A DNA stretch of 64,000 bases from Thermodesulfovibrionia bacterium (GTDB taxonomy: Bacteria; Nitrospirota; Thermodesulfovibrionia; UBA6902), in NCBI GenBank assembly GCA_947259735.1, contig CAMYNN010000009.1, forward strand, positions 17,856-81,855, written 5' to 3'. Under the pieces are notes generated by a model that made no database searches, was not told where the DNA came from, and worked only from the letters and a program-made list of their open reading frames with translations. Position numbers and translations under genes: made by a program. This document shows, piece after piece, positions 38,175-47,705 of this stretch. Each line of letters starts with the position of its first letter. The first letter of the stretch is position 1.

Positions 38175-39605
38175 ATGGAATTAAAGACAGAGGAGAAAAG
38201 CACACATCATAGAGTGGAAATGAGGGAACAGGCACCTCTGGTACGGGCACGGAATTTCAAGGAGGTTCCTTTTGGATATACCCCTGATGAAGCAGTCGAG
38301 GAGGCATCAAGATGCAAGACATGCAAGAAAGGCGTCTGCAGGACAGGGTGCCCCGTTGAAGTAGATATTCCCGGATTTATAGAACTGATAAAAGAAAGAA
38401 AATTCCTCGATGCCTGCTACAGGGTAAAGGAGAAAAATGCCCTGCCGGCTGTCTGCGGAAGGGTATGCCCCCAGGAAAGACAGTGCGAATCACGCTGCCT
38501 GCTGGGCAAGACGGGAAAGCCCGTTGCGATTGGAAACCTGGAGAGATTTGTTGCTGATTATGAGGCAGAGAAGGGTAACATGAGAATTCCTGAAAGACCG
38601 GATCCCACAGGGAGAAAAGTCGCAGTCATTGGCTCCGGTCCGGGAGGCCTGACATGTGCAGTCGATCTTGCAATGGCCGGACATCAGGTCACCTTATATG
38701 AGGCATTTCATGAAGCGGGAGGGGTATTAGTTTACGGTATACCCGAGTTCAGGCTTCCCAAGGCAATTGTGAAAAGAGAGGTCGAGTATATAAAGAAGCT
38801 GGGTATCGAGCTTAAACTCAATGTGGTAATTGGAAAACTCCACACCATTGATGAATTACTGAATGGCAAGGGATATGATGCATGCTTTATTTGTACAGGT
38901 GCAGGACTGCCCATGTTTTTAGGAATACCGGGTGAAAACCTTAATGGTGTCTGCTCTGCAAATGAATATCTGACAAGGGCCAATCTTATGAAGGCCTATC
39001 TCTTTCCCGAATATGAAACACCCATAAAAGTAGGCACGAAAGTCGCTGTACTGGGTGGAGGCAATGTTGCCATGGATGCTGCACGGGTAGCATTAAGGCT
39101 TGGCGCGGAAAAGGTCTATCTTATTTACCGCCGCTCCGAGGACGAGATGCCTGCAAGAAAAGCGGAAGTACACCATGCACGCGAGGAAGGCATTGAGCTT
39201 TTACTCCTGACAAACCCGACAAGATACATTGATGACGGGAATGGGAATCTCTGCGGACTTGAATGCATCAGTATGAACCTCGGCGAACCGGATGAATCAG
39301 GCAGGAGAAGGCCCGTTCCGATCAAGGGCAGCGAGTTTCAAATCCCCGTAGATGTAGCAATCCCCGCATTAGGGGCCAAAGCAAATCCGCTTCTCACAAG
39401 AACAATGTCGGATTTAACCGTAAATAAAGGCGGCTATATTACCGCTGAAGACGGGACTGGCATGACATCGAAGAAGGGTGTATTCGCAGGTGGAGATATT
39501 GTCACAGGTGCTGCAACGGTTATCTCGGCTATGGGAGCAGGAAGGAGGACAGCGAATGCAATCAACGAGTATCTCAAATGGAATCACTGGGAGTTTAACG
39601 CATAG
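38175..39605 (+). CDS. nfnB: NfnB / SudA / GltD-like subunit (glutamate synthase small-chain family; 2x[4Fe-4S], FAD, NADPH)
   Basis: 476 aa. N-terminal Cys motifs (CKTCKKGVCRTGCPV, CGRVCPQERQCESRC). Two dinucleotide-binding motifs VAVIGSGPGGL and VAVLGGGNVAMD. Confidence 0.85.
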   Translation: MELKTEEKSTHHRVEMREQAPLVRARNFKEVPFGYTPDEAVEEASRCKTCKKGVCRTGCPVEVDIPGFIELIKERKFLDACYRVKEKNALPAVCGRVCPQERQCESRCLLGKTGKPVAIGNLERFVADYEAEKGNMRIPERPDPTGRKVAVIGSGPGGLTCAVDLAMAGHQVTLYEAFHEAGGVLVYGIPEFRLPKAIVKREVEYIKKLGIELKLNVVIGKLHTIDELLNGKGYDACFICTGAGLPMFLGIPGENLNGVCSANEYLTRANLMKAYLFPEYETPIKVGTKVAVLGGGNVAMDAARVALRLGAEKVYLIYRRSEDEMPARKAEVHHAREEGIELLLLTNPTRYIDDGNGNLCGLECISMNLGEPDESGRRRPVPIKGSEFQIPVDVAIPALGAKANPLLTRTMSDLTVNKGGYITAEDGTGMTSKKGVFAGGDIVTGAATVISAMGAGRRTANAINEYLKWNHWEFNA

Positions 39606-39611
39606 ATGTAT

Positions 39612-39638
39612 GTAAGGGCGGGGGCACCCCGCCCTTAC
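39612..39638 (+). other. Perfect GC-rich palindrome GTAAGGGCGGG-GGCAC-CCCGCCCTTAC between nfnB and the REC-nuoE-like gene (stem-loop; no T-tract)
   Basis: Read directly. 11-bp stem, 5-nt loop. Located 7 nt after the nfnB stop and 17 nt before the next start. Confidence 0.5.
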
Positions 39639-39654
39639 GAAGGGAGGGAAAACA

Positions 39655-40398
39655 ATGAGAGAAGATATAAACATTCTGATCGTAGACGATGAGCCTGTAG
39701 TTTTAAAGAGTGCCGCGAGGATCCTGAGTCCCGAAGGCTATGACGTAGAAGGAGTAATCAGCGGGAAAATGGCAGTACAAAATATAAAGCACAATAATTA
39801 CAGACTTGTCATCACAGACCTCAAGATGCCCGGAATAGACGGCATTACGCTCATACAATGGATCAGACAGTATCAGCCTGGTATAGGTATCGTGGTTATT
39901 ACCGGACACCTCTTCCCGGAAAACATCAAAGAGGAAGATAAACGCGGAATACTCAGCCATATCATGAAGCCCTTTACACCGGAAATACTGAAAGACGCAG
40001 TACATATGGCAGTAGAAATGACAATTGGAAATGATTCAGAGATTGCACCGGAACAATACTTCCAGCAGGCAAAGATCGAGGAACTGGACGGGATGATAAA
40101 TCGATACAAAAAAAATTCACGCCATGCAATAGGTGCGCTGCTGCAGGCCCAGGAAATATTAGGGTATCTTCCCCCAATAATACAGAAACATATCGCTCAT
40201 GGCCTGGATATGTATCCCTCTGAAATACGCCGTATTGTTTCCTTTCACTCCTGCTTCAGGACAGAACCGGAGGATATTCATGTATCGGGTTGCACAAATG
40301 GCATTGAAAAGGCATGGAACAGCGTGACCTGGATGACAGGGCATAATGCTTTGCATGCAGTCGGCGATTTTATTAAAGGGAGACAATTGGAGTCTTGA
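39655..40398 (+). CDS. Response-regulator receiver domain fused to an NuoE/HoxE-like (24-kDa subunit, N-terminal helical part) domain
   Basis: 247 aa. REC: ILIVDDEPVVL...RLVITDLKMPGIDG...IVVITGH. C-terminal region RHAIGALLQAQEILGYLPPIIQKHIAHGLDMYPSEIRRIVSFHSCF aligns with the NuoE N-terminal segment. The usual four-Cys 2Fe-2S motif is incomplete. A G7 homopolymer lies just downstream (40468-40475). Confidence 0.7.
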   Translation: MREDINILIVDDEPVVLKSAARILSPEGYDVEGVISGKMAVQNIKHNNYRLVITDLKMPGIDGITLIQWIRQYQPGIGIVVITGHLFPENIKEEDKRGILSHIMKPFTPEILKDAVHMAVEMTIGNDSEIAPEQYFQQAKIEELDGMINRYKKNSRHAIGALLQAQEILGYLPPIIQKHIAHGLDMYPSEIRRIVSFHSCFRTEPEDIHVSGCTNGIEKAWNSVTWMTGHNALHAVGDFIKGRQLES

Positions 40399-40501
40399 TG
40401 ATGGATATCTGCAGGGACGGCAACACACTCTTTCGGAACAAAACCTATGAATCCTTCAGCACCTCTATAGGGGGGTGGTGCTGCTGGAAAGGAGAATTCT
40501 T

Positions 40502-40885
40502 ATGGCCAGGCTAAGTATTGCAGACCTTCAGAAAGTGAGGGATAAAAACAAAGCATCATTTACTCTCAGAAAGGGCGATTACAAAGCGAAAATTACTGTC
40601 CATATGGGGACCTGCGGAATCGCGGCCGGTGCAAGGAATGTTATGACTGCCCTGATGAATGACATTGCCCTTTCCGGGAGAGAAGATATTGTAGTAAAAA
40701 CCTCAGGCTGCGGCGGGCTCTGCGCCCGTGAACCCATGACTGTTATTGAATTAGAGGATCAGACGCCTGTCATTTACGGCGACATGAATGAAGAGAAGGT
40801 CTCGGAAATATTCAGAGAACATATTATGGGCGGAACTCCTGTAGAAAAATATGCATTGGCTCTTGGAGGCACAGCTATATTCTGA
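40502..40885 (+). CDS. HndB-like small thioredoxin-fold [2Fe-2S] ferredoxin subunit (NuoE C-terminal-half-like)
   Basis: Start at ATG 40502 with perfect RBS aaggag. KITVHMGTCGIAAGA ... KTSGCGGLCAREPMT aligns with the Trx-like half of NuoE / Desulfovibrio HndB. Confidence 0.65.
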   Translation: MARLSIADLQKVRDKNKASFTLRKGDYKAKITVHMGTCGIAAGARNVMTALMNDIALSGREDIVVKTSGCGGLCAREPMTVIELEDQTPVIYGDMNEEKVSEIFREHIMGGTPVEKYALALGGTAIF

Positions 40886-40945
40886 CAGCCACTAACTACC
40901 TGTTGAACTTTGGACTTACAAATTATAAATATAAAGGAGGAATAC

Positions 40946-42823
40946 ATGGAAACTGCGGCTCGGACACATGCAATGCTTTGCGGAGGGACAGGCTGTATGG
41001 CAAGCGGCACGAACAAGGTCAAAGCCGCTCTCGAGGAGGAGTTTAAGAAGAAGGGAATTGACGATGAAGCAAAAGTGCACCTCTCAGGATGCAACGGGTT
41101 CTGCGCAAAGGGCCCTGTTATGGCTGTCTATCCCGATGAGACATTTTATCAGGATATAACGCCTGAAGATGTCCCCGGTCTTGTTGAGGAACATTTCCTG
41201 AAAGGGAGGCCCTATCAAAAATTGGCGTTCAAAGGGCATGACAAGAAAATTGCCATCCCCTCAATACATGATATTCCTTTCTTTAAACACCAGGTTCTGG
41301 TGGTGCTGAAAAACAAAGGGCTTATTGACCCTGAGAAGATCGAAGACTATATAATGATGGACGGCTATAAGGCGCTCGCAAGGGCACTCACGCAGATGAA
41401 GCCCGAAGAGATAGTAACGGTGGTTACCGACTCCGGACTAAGGGGAAGGGGCGGCGCAGGTTTCCCCACTGGCAAAAAATGGGAGCTCGGACGAAAAGTC
41501 GAATCGGAAGAGAAATATGTCATATGCAACGGTGATGAGGGTGACCCGGGCGCATTCATGGACAGATCGGTAATGGAATCAGACCCCCACGCAGTAATCG
41601 AAGGGATGATTCTCTGCGGCGTGGCGACTGAATCACATAAAGGCTACATCTATGTAAGGGCCGAATATCCCCTGGCAGTGAAACGACTTCAAATCGCCAT
41701 TGACCAGTGTTACGAGACAGGACTGCTCGGCAGTGACATATTCGGATCAGGTTTTGCTTTTGACCTTGAGATATACCAGGGCGCCGGCGCATTTGTTTGC
41801 GGTGAAGCTACGGCCCTGATGCGTTCTATTGAAGGCAAACGCGGGATGCCGAGGCCCAAACTGTTTCGTTCTGCAGTCAAGGGACTGTGGGACAATCCGA
41901 CTATACTAAACAATGTGGAGACCCTGGCGAATATTCCTCAAATCGTCTTAAACGGCGCTGGCTGGTACAGAAGCCTCGGCACCGATGAAAGCGCCGGGAC
42001 AAAGGTCTTTGCGCTTACAGGTGATATAAATAATGTGGGATTGGTTGAAGTCCCCATGGATACAACGCTCAGGAAGATTATCTTCGATATCGGCGGAGGG
42101 ATAGCAAAGAAGGGGAGAAAATTCAAGGCCGTACAGCTGGGAGGGCCTTCGGGAGGCTGCATCACCGAGGAGTTCCTGGATATCCCTGTTACCTATGAGG
42201 CCATCAAGAAGAGCGGCGCAATCGTAGGTTCCGGAGGTATGGTTGTAATGGATGACAGTACCTGCATGGTGAACACTGCAAAGTTCTTCCTTGACTTTAC
42301 TGCTGATGAATCCTGTGGTAAATGTGTCCCCTGCAGAATCGGAACAAAATTAATGTATGATCTGCTCGGCGACATCTGCGAAGGGAGGGGAAAAGCAGGG
42401 GATATAGAGATACTCGAAGACCTCTCGCAGGACATCATTGACTCATCACTCTGCGGCCTGGGCCAGTCAGCACCTACCCCGGTACTCTCAACGTTAAAAC
42501 ATTTCAGAAACGAATATGAAATGCACATAAATCACAAATGGTGTCCTACCGGTGTTTGTGGTGACCTCAGCACATTCTATATAGATGAAAAACTGTGCAA
42601 GGGATGCGGTGCCTGCGTGAGGGCATGTCCGGCAAATGCTGTAACCGGTGAAAAGAAAAAACCCCATGCGATAAATCAGGAAAATTGCGTACATTGCAGA
42701 ACATGCTGGGATTCATGCAAGTTCGGTTCTATAAAGATACTTCCTGCCGCGGCCCGTCATGCGGGAGAGGCTGAAATAAAGCATCTGTCGGGCATGCTGG
42801 AGGAAAGGGGAAAAATAATCTGA
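40946..42823 (+). CDS. NuoF/HndC/FdsB-like NAD(P)H-binding flavoprotein subunit (N-terminal Trx-like 2Fe-2S, FMN/NADH 51-kDa core, C-terminal 2x[4Fe-4S])
   Basis: Start at ATG 40946 (RBS aaggagg). LCGGTGCMASG...SGCNGFCAKGP. GLRGRGGAGFPTGKKW (FMN site). SLCGLGQ. C-terminal CKGCGACVRACP and CVHCRTCWDSC. Confidence 0.9.
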   Translation: METAARTHAMLCGGTGCMASGTNKVKAALEEEFKKKGIDDEAKVHLSGCNGFCAKGPVMAVYPDETFYQDITPEDVPGLVEEHFLKGRPYQKLAFKGHDKKIAIPSIHDIPFFKHQVLVVLKNKGLIDPEKIEDYIMMDGYKALARALTQMKPEEIVTVVTDSGLRGRGGAGFPTGKKWELGRKVESEEKYVICNGDEGDPGAFMDRSVMESDPHAVIEGMILCGVATESHKGYIYVRAEYPLAVKRLQIAIDQCYETGLLGSDIFGSGFAFDLEIYQGAGAFVCGEATALMRSIEGKRGMPRPKLFRSAVKGLWDNPTILNNVETLANIPQIVLNGAGWYRSLGTDESAGTKVFALTGDINNVGLVEVPMDTTLRKIIFDIGGGIAKKGRKFKAVQLGGPSGGCITEEFLDIPVTYEAIKKSGAIVGSGGMVVMDDSTCMVNTAKFFLDFTADESCGKCVPCRIGTKLMYDLLGDICEGRGKAGDIEILEDLSQDIIDSSLCGLGQSAPTPVLSTLKHFRNEYEMHINHKWCPTGVCGDLSTFYIDEKLCKGCGACVRACPANAVTGEKKKPHAINQENCVHCRTCWDSCKFGSIKILPAAARHAGEAEIKHLSGMLEERGKII

Positions 42824-42943
42824 TGCTGCCTAAGTATAAAACGGGAGATTTCAGTATCCATGATCAACTGTCCCATGTGAAGCGGTTAACCGCGGAACGA
42901 CGGAACGGTTACACAGTGCAACGTTTAAAAGCGGAGGTGTTCC

Positions 42944-45427
42944 ATGATAAAACTTACAATTAATGGCAAAAAGGTCAGGACTGAAAAAGGCAGTACCATC
43001 CTTGAAACCGCAATGAGCAACGGCATAAAAATACCCAATCTCTGCTATGATGGCAGAGTGGAGCCCCACGGGGGCTGCAGGTTGTGTATTGTGGAGATCG
43101 AGGGGTGGAGGAAACCCGAGGCATCATGTGCGACATTTGCAGCTGAAGGGATGACCGTGTGGACAAATACCCCTAAGGTGACAAAGATACGCCAGTCCGT
43201 ACTTGAGTTCATGTTAGTCCATCACCCCCTTGACTGTCCAGTTTGCGACAAAGCTGGTGAATGTGATGTCCAGGATCTAGCCCATCAGTATGGCAGCCCA
43301 CGATCACGTTTTATGAGGGAGAGGAAACACGCACTGCCTGATACCAAAGGCCCCCTCGTAGAATTAAATGCAAGCAGGTGTATCCTCTGCGGCAAATGCG
43401 TCCGTATCTGTGAAGAACATCAGGGCCGGGGAGCACTGGGGTTTATCGGGAGAGGCTTTCCCACTGTTGTTCAGCCTGCATTTGGTGAAGTTCTTGAATG
43501 TGATTACTGCGGACAATGCATTGATGCATGTCCTACAGGTGCCCTCATGAACAAATCCCATAAATTCGAGGCGCGGTCATGGTCCCTCGATGAGAAGGAT
43601 ACCATATGCCCCTTCTGCAGCTGCGGCTGTACTCTCACCCTTGGAATGATGGAAGGAAAGATACTGAGATCGAGAGGAAGGAAAGGCAGGGGAGTAAACG
43701 AGGGCAATCTATGTGGCAGAGGACGGTTTGGCGTTGATTATGTCTACAGCGAGAACCGTCTCAAGTCACCTGTAATTAATAAAGGTGGAGAGCTTGTCCC
43801 GGTCTCATGGGATGAGGCCCTTAATTATATCAGCGACAGACTCAAAAATATAATCAATGCCCACGGCCCGTCATCCATAGGCGCAATAGGGTCGCCCAGA
43901 TGTACAAATGAGGAGAATTATATTTTTCAGAAATTCATGAAGGAGACAATAGGTTCGAACAACATAGATTCCTCCGCTTCCTTCGGCTACGGCATTGCAG
44001 AGAGGGCCTGGAACAAGGCCTTCGGTCTCAAAGGTCACAGGATAGACCTGAAATCTCCTCTGGGTAAGGATGTAATCCTCGTCATAGAGTCTGACCTCAG
44101 CGTAACTCATCCTGTTTTCGGACTCAACATCCTTCAGGCACAGAAGGAGGGATCAAAGCTCATCGTTGCTGACAGCAGGGAGACAAAGTTGACAAGGCAC
44201 AGCACAGAATCTCCAAAATTAAAACAGGGGACAGGGGTTGCGTTCCTGAACGGAATAATGAAGGTCCTGCTGGACAGGGGTCTTTATGAGACGGAACATG
44301 TCTCAAATGTAAAAGGTTTTTCAGCACTTGAGGAAACGTTAAAAGAGTATTCCCAGGATCGAGTCTACGCGATTACAGGGGTTCCCGGGGATGAGCTTAT
44401 TGCCATTGCAGAGACTTTGGTGAATGCCAAAACCAGAATGCTCACTCTTTCCATCGGGATTTCTGAAAATACAAAGGGACTGGATACTATGTTGGCCGCA
44501 GCAAATTTAATTCACCTTCTGGGTGAGAGTCCCGACGCCCTTCAGGTGCCTGCAGAATACTCCAATACCTTTGGCCTTTATCAAATGGGTGTGCGCCCCG
44601 ATGCCGGTCCGGCTTATCAACCCTTCGGGGGTACCGGTAAAGATGTGAGGGAAATGCTCTATGAGCCTTACTCTCTCAAGGCGCTTTATATAATGGGAGC
44701 AGACCCTGTTGTCACCTTCCCCAACAACTCAGATATTATCACCACATTGAAATCACTCTACCTGCTCATCGTTCAGGATATCGCTTTGACGGAGACAGCA
44801 AAATTTGCTCACGTTATACTCCCTGCATCCAGCTGGTCGGAAAAAGACGGCACCTATACCAATACCGAAGGAATTACCCAGAAGATCCACAAGGTCATTG
44901 ATCCTGCAGGCCAGTCGCTTCCTGATTGGCAGATCCTTAAAAAACTAGCAGCGACTATGGGAAAGGACATCGATATAAAAGAGAGAAAAGACATAGTACA
45001 GGAGATAAACTCATTGCTTGATGAACAAAGCGAATTGCCGCCTCTCACCCGCGCATTTAACCCGGTTCATTATACCCCGGGCGAAAAAACGGATAAAGAG
45101 TATCCATTGAACATGGTCGCAAGGGATGTACTGCAGCACGCCGGCAGCATGTCAACGAGGTCAAAATCGCTGAACCTGGTCTCATCTGAGGCGCTCCTTG
45201 AGATAAACTGGAAAGATGCGAAAAGGTACGGCATTTCAGATAACGGTCATGTAAAAGTGACTTCGAGACGGGGTACGGTATTTCTCAAGGCAGCCGTCTC
45301 CGATGACGTTCCTGATGGAAGTGTCTATGTACCGACACACTTTCCGCACAGCGGAGTAAGTACCCTTATGAGTCCATCGGGAAATGGGGGAATTTCTACT
45401 GATGCGGTCAGGATTGAAACAGCATAA
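42944..45427 (+). CDS. fdhA: NAD-dependent formate dehydrogenase catalytic subunit FdhA/FdsA-like (2Fe-2S + 4Fe-4S + Mo/W-bisPGD), cysteine-type
   Basis: 827 aa. N-terminal 2Fe-2S (CYDGRVEPHGGCRLC). His/Cys cluster (HHPLDCPVCDKAGEC). 4Fe-4S CILCGKC / CDYCGQCIDACP. MopB start ICPFCSCGC. Mo-ligand position reads SPRC (Cys, not TGA). Clustered with NuoE/NuoF-like subunits. Confidence 0.88.
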   Translation: MIKLTINGKKVRTEKGSTILETAMSNGIKIPNLCYDGRVEPHGGCRLCIVEIEGWRKPEASCATFAAEGMTVWTNTPKVTKIRQSVLEFMLVHHPLDCPVCDKAGECDVQDLAHQYGSPRSRFMRERKHALPDTKGPLVELNASRCILCGKCVRICEEHQGRGALGFIGRGFPTVVQPAFGEVLECDYCGQCIDACPTGALMNKSHKFEARSWSLDEKDTICPFCSCGCTLTLGMMEGKILRSRGRKGRGVNEGNLCGRGRFGVDYVYSENRLKSPVINKGGELVPVSWDEALNYISDRLKNIINAHGPSSIGAIGSPRCTNEENYIFQKFMKETIGSNNIDSSASFGYGIAERAWNKAFGLKGHRIDLKSPLGKDVILVIESDLSVTHPVFGLNILQAQKEGSKLIVADSRETKLTRHSTESPKLKQGTGVAFLNGIMKVLLDRGLYETEHVSNVKGFSALEETLKEYSQDRVYAITGVPGDELIAIAETLVNAKTRMLTLSIGISENTKGLDTMLAAANLIHLLGESPDALQVPAEYSNTFGLYQMGVRPDAGPAYQPFGGTGKDVREMLYEPYSLKALYIMGADPVVTFPNNSDIITTLKSLYLLIVQDIALTETAKFAHVILPASSWSEKDGTYTNTEGITQKIHKVIDPAGQSLPDWQILKKLAATMGKDIDIKERKDIVQEINSLLDEQSELPPLTRAFNPVHYTPGEKTDKEYPLNMVARDVLQHAGSMSTRSKSLNLVSSEALLEINWKDAKRYGISDNGHVKVTSRRGTVFLKAAVSDDVPDGSVYVPTHFPHSGVSTLMSPSGNGGISTDAVRIETA

Positions 45428-45500
45428 TGTTTTGAAGTCTCATGACTTATTGAGGATTATGCTTAGCTGAGGCGGTGAGATTAGGCCCGTGCATACCAGT

Positions 45501-45549
45501 GGGGTCAGGATTAAAATTGAGTTTATGTATTCAATTTTAATCTGACCCC
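45501..45549. terminator. Bidirectional terminator hairpin (19-20-bp stem GGGGTCAGGATTAAAATTGA / TCAATTTTAATCTGACCCC) between convergent fdhA and lipoprotein gene
   Basis: Read directly. Shares the 5' GGGGTCA with the hairpin at 18278. Confidence 0.65.
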
Positions 45550-45559
45550 GCTTATAGTA

Positions 45560-45967
45560 CTACTTATATGTGTCCTTCAATAATCCTTCAGTTTTGTCGG
45601 CGGCCTTTTTGCCTTCATCCACAATATCACTGACAGTCCTCATATCTTCTTCTTTCTCTGTTAAAGCACGTGCCGCCTCTGTTCCTTTTTCCTTGAGGGA
45701 ACCAGCAGTTTCAAGCGCCTCATCCTTGGCCCCCAAGGCTTTATCTGTCATCGCACTTGCTGTTTCTGAAGCGCTGTCTTTCATGGCGCCAGCAGTTTCA
45801 ACTGCCGCGTCTTTAGCGTCCAGGGCTTTGTCTCTCATCGCACTTGCTGTTTCTGATGCCTTGCTTTTAACCTCTGCTGCCTTTTCACTGGCTTTCTGAC
45901 AACCTATCGTCATGGTAAAAGAAAAAGCCAGGATAACAGATACTAATATTGTCCAAATATACTTCAT
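45560..45967 (-). CDS. Repetitive lipoprotein (LEA/apolipoprotein-like 22-aa repeats), unknown function
   Basis: 135 aa. Lipobox TMTIGC. Repeats SETASAM[RT]DKAL[DG]AKD[AE]A[VL]ETAG x2 plus related segments. Confidence 0.6.
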   Translation of the reverse strand: MKYIWTILVSVILAFSFTMTIGCQKASEKAAEVKSKASETASAMRDKALDAKDAAVETAGAMKDSASETASAMTDKALGAKDEALETAGSLKEKGTEAARALTEKEEDMRTVSDIVDEGKKAADKTEGLLKDTYK

Positions 45968-46327
45968 CTCGCGTCTCCTCTCTGTCCCCTCACCTTTTGT
46001 GAAAAGATTTGTGATTTAATAGAGATATTTATTAATCTCCGGATTTACTCTTAAGCAGAAAAAATTTAATATAAATTAGAGACATTTAATATGATATATA
46101 TCATATTACAAGAAATTGTTGGCACGTTCCGGTATGTACGGATACAGCGATTTATTCAGCCCGCCGAGAAACAATAACACTTTTACTCATATTTTCCAAT
46201 GACCTTCGTCCGGGTAATTTCGGCTTTAAGCATCTGTCCTTCACCTTCATGCCTTTCTGTGCGATTCAAAGCAAAAGAGCATATACATGATGTATAATTG
46301 AATGATTTTATAGGAGACTGCAGTAGT

Positions 46328-47680
46328 ATGGCAAAATCAATCAAAGCAACAATTATGGTTGTAGATGACGAGGAAAACATTCTCGATACACTGTCCGGTA
46401 TCCTGGAAGATGAAGGACATCACGTGATCACGGCATCATCAGGTGAAAGTGCCCTTGTTAAATATGCTGAATCTTCTCCTGACCTTGTCCTGCTTGATGT
46501 ATGGATGCCAGGGATGGACGGCATTGATACCCTCAAGAGCCTGAAAAAGAAAAACAAAGATGTATGCGTAATAATGATCTCCGGACACAGCAATATAGAC
46601 ACTGCGGTACATGCGATCAAGCTCGGCGCCTATGACTTTCTGGAAAAACCCCTTTCCCTTGATAAGGTCCTGATCCTTATTACAAGGGCCCTTGAGAAAC
46701 GGGTTCTTGAAAAAGAAAATATTGCATTAAAAAGCAGTATATCCGAGCAGTGGGAGATTATCGGAGAAAACCACAAAATGGTTGAACTCAGGGACAGGAT
46801 TGCAAAGGCTGCTGTTTCCCACGGCAGAGTTCTGATTATTGGTGAAAGTGGTTCGGGCAAAGAACTTGTTGCACGGGCATTGCATGATGGAAGTGACCGG
46901 AAGCACAACAGTTTTATAGAGGTAAACTGTGCCGCCATCCCCCATGAGTTAATTGAGAGTGAACTCTTCGGTCATGAAAAAGGCTCTTTTACAGGTGCCT
47001 TCGAAAGCAAGAGAGGAAAGTTTGAGCTCGCCCATGAAGGGACCCTGTTCCTGGACGAAATTGGTGATATGTCCCTCATCACACAGGCGAAGGTGCTGAG
47101 AATCATCGAGACACAGGAGTTTCAAAGGGTCGGTGGGAGCAAAAAAATAAAAGTTGATGTAAGGATTATTGCGGCCACAAACAAAGAGCTGGAAGAAGAG
47201 ATCCAGAAAGGAAATTTCAGGGAAGATCTGTTTTTCAGGCTGAATGTCATTCCTATACATGTTGCTCCTCTTAGAGAAAGGAAAAGTGATATTCCTCTTC
47301 TCGTCGAATACTTTCTGAAAAACTACGGCCGGCAATACGGCCAGAAGAAAAAGCGGGTCAGCAAATCTACGCTCCGAATCCTCATGGAATATGACTGGCC
47401 GGGCAATGTGCGTGAGTTAAAAAACACAATCGAACGCTTCGTGATTATGAACTCCTCTGAAGTCATTGACGTGAAAGAAATCCAGCCTGTCAAAGGAATG
47501 AAATTGGACTACACGTCCTTAAAGACGTTGCGTGAGGCACGGGAAAACTTCGAGAAAGAGTTCATCCTGAAAAAGCTTCAGGAAAACAACTGGAATGTTT
47601 CAAAGACAGCTGAGGAAATGGAAATTGAGAGAAGCAACCTCCACAGAAAGATCAAGTCCCTGGGAATAGAAACTCCTTAG
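46328..47680 (+). CDS. Sigma-54-dependent response regulator (NtrC family: REC + AAA+ + Fis-type HTH)
   Basis: Start at ATG 46328. IMVVDDEENILDT...LVLLDVWMPGMDG. GESGSGKE Walker A. GAFTGA-like GHEKGSFTGAF. C-terminal HTH VSKTAEEMEIERSNLHRKIK. Confidence 0.92.
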   Translation: MAKSIKATIMVVDDEENILDTLSGILEDEGHHVITASSGESALVKYAESSPDLVLLDVWMPGMDGIDTLKSLKKKNKDVCVIMISGHSNIDTAVHAIKLGAYDFLEKPLSLDKVLILITRALEKRVLEKENIALKSSISEQWEIIGENHKMVELRDRIAKAAVSHGRVLIIGESGSGKELVARALHDGSDRKHNSFIEVNCAAIPHELIESELFGHEKGSFTGAFESKRGKFELAHEGTLFLDEIGDMSLITQAKVLRIIETQEFQRVGGSKKIKVDVRIIAATNKELEEEIQKGNFREDLFFRLNVIPIHVAPLRERKSDIPLLVEYFLKNYGRQYGQKKKRVSKSTLRILMEYDWPGNVRELKNTIERFVIMNSSEVIDVKEIQPVKGMKLDYTSLKTLREARENFEKEFILKKLQENNWNVSKTAEEMEIERSNLHRKIKSLGIETP

Positions 47681-47705
47681 GAGTAAACACCCTTACATTT
47701 CCACT

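Noticed and set aside
40399-40501. Possibility that the REC-NuoE gene and the HndB-like gene are one frameshifted gene (G7 tract at 40468-40475)
   Set aside because: The downstream gene has its own perfect RBS (AAGGAG) and ATG, and the intervening frames contain stops. I annotated two genes but flagged the homopolymer for read-level checking.
42944-45427. Selenocysteine in the formate dehydrogenase catalytic subunit
   Set aside because: The Mo-ligand position reads SPRC with a TGC codon (Cys). There is no in-frame TGA in the ORF, so this FdhA is Cys-type.
46100-46140. Sigma-54 promoter suggested by TTGGCACGTTCCGG upstream of the NtrC-like gene
   Set aside because: The -24 GG element is present, but the -12 element (TTGC/GC at the correct 10-11 bp spacing) is absent, so it does not qualify as an RpoN promoter.
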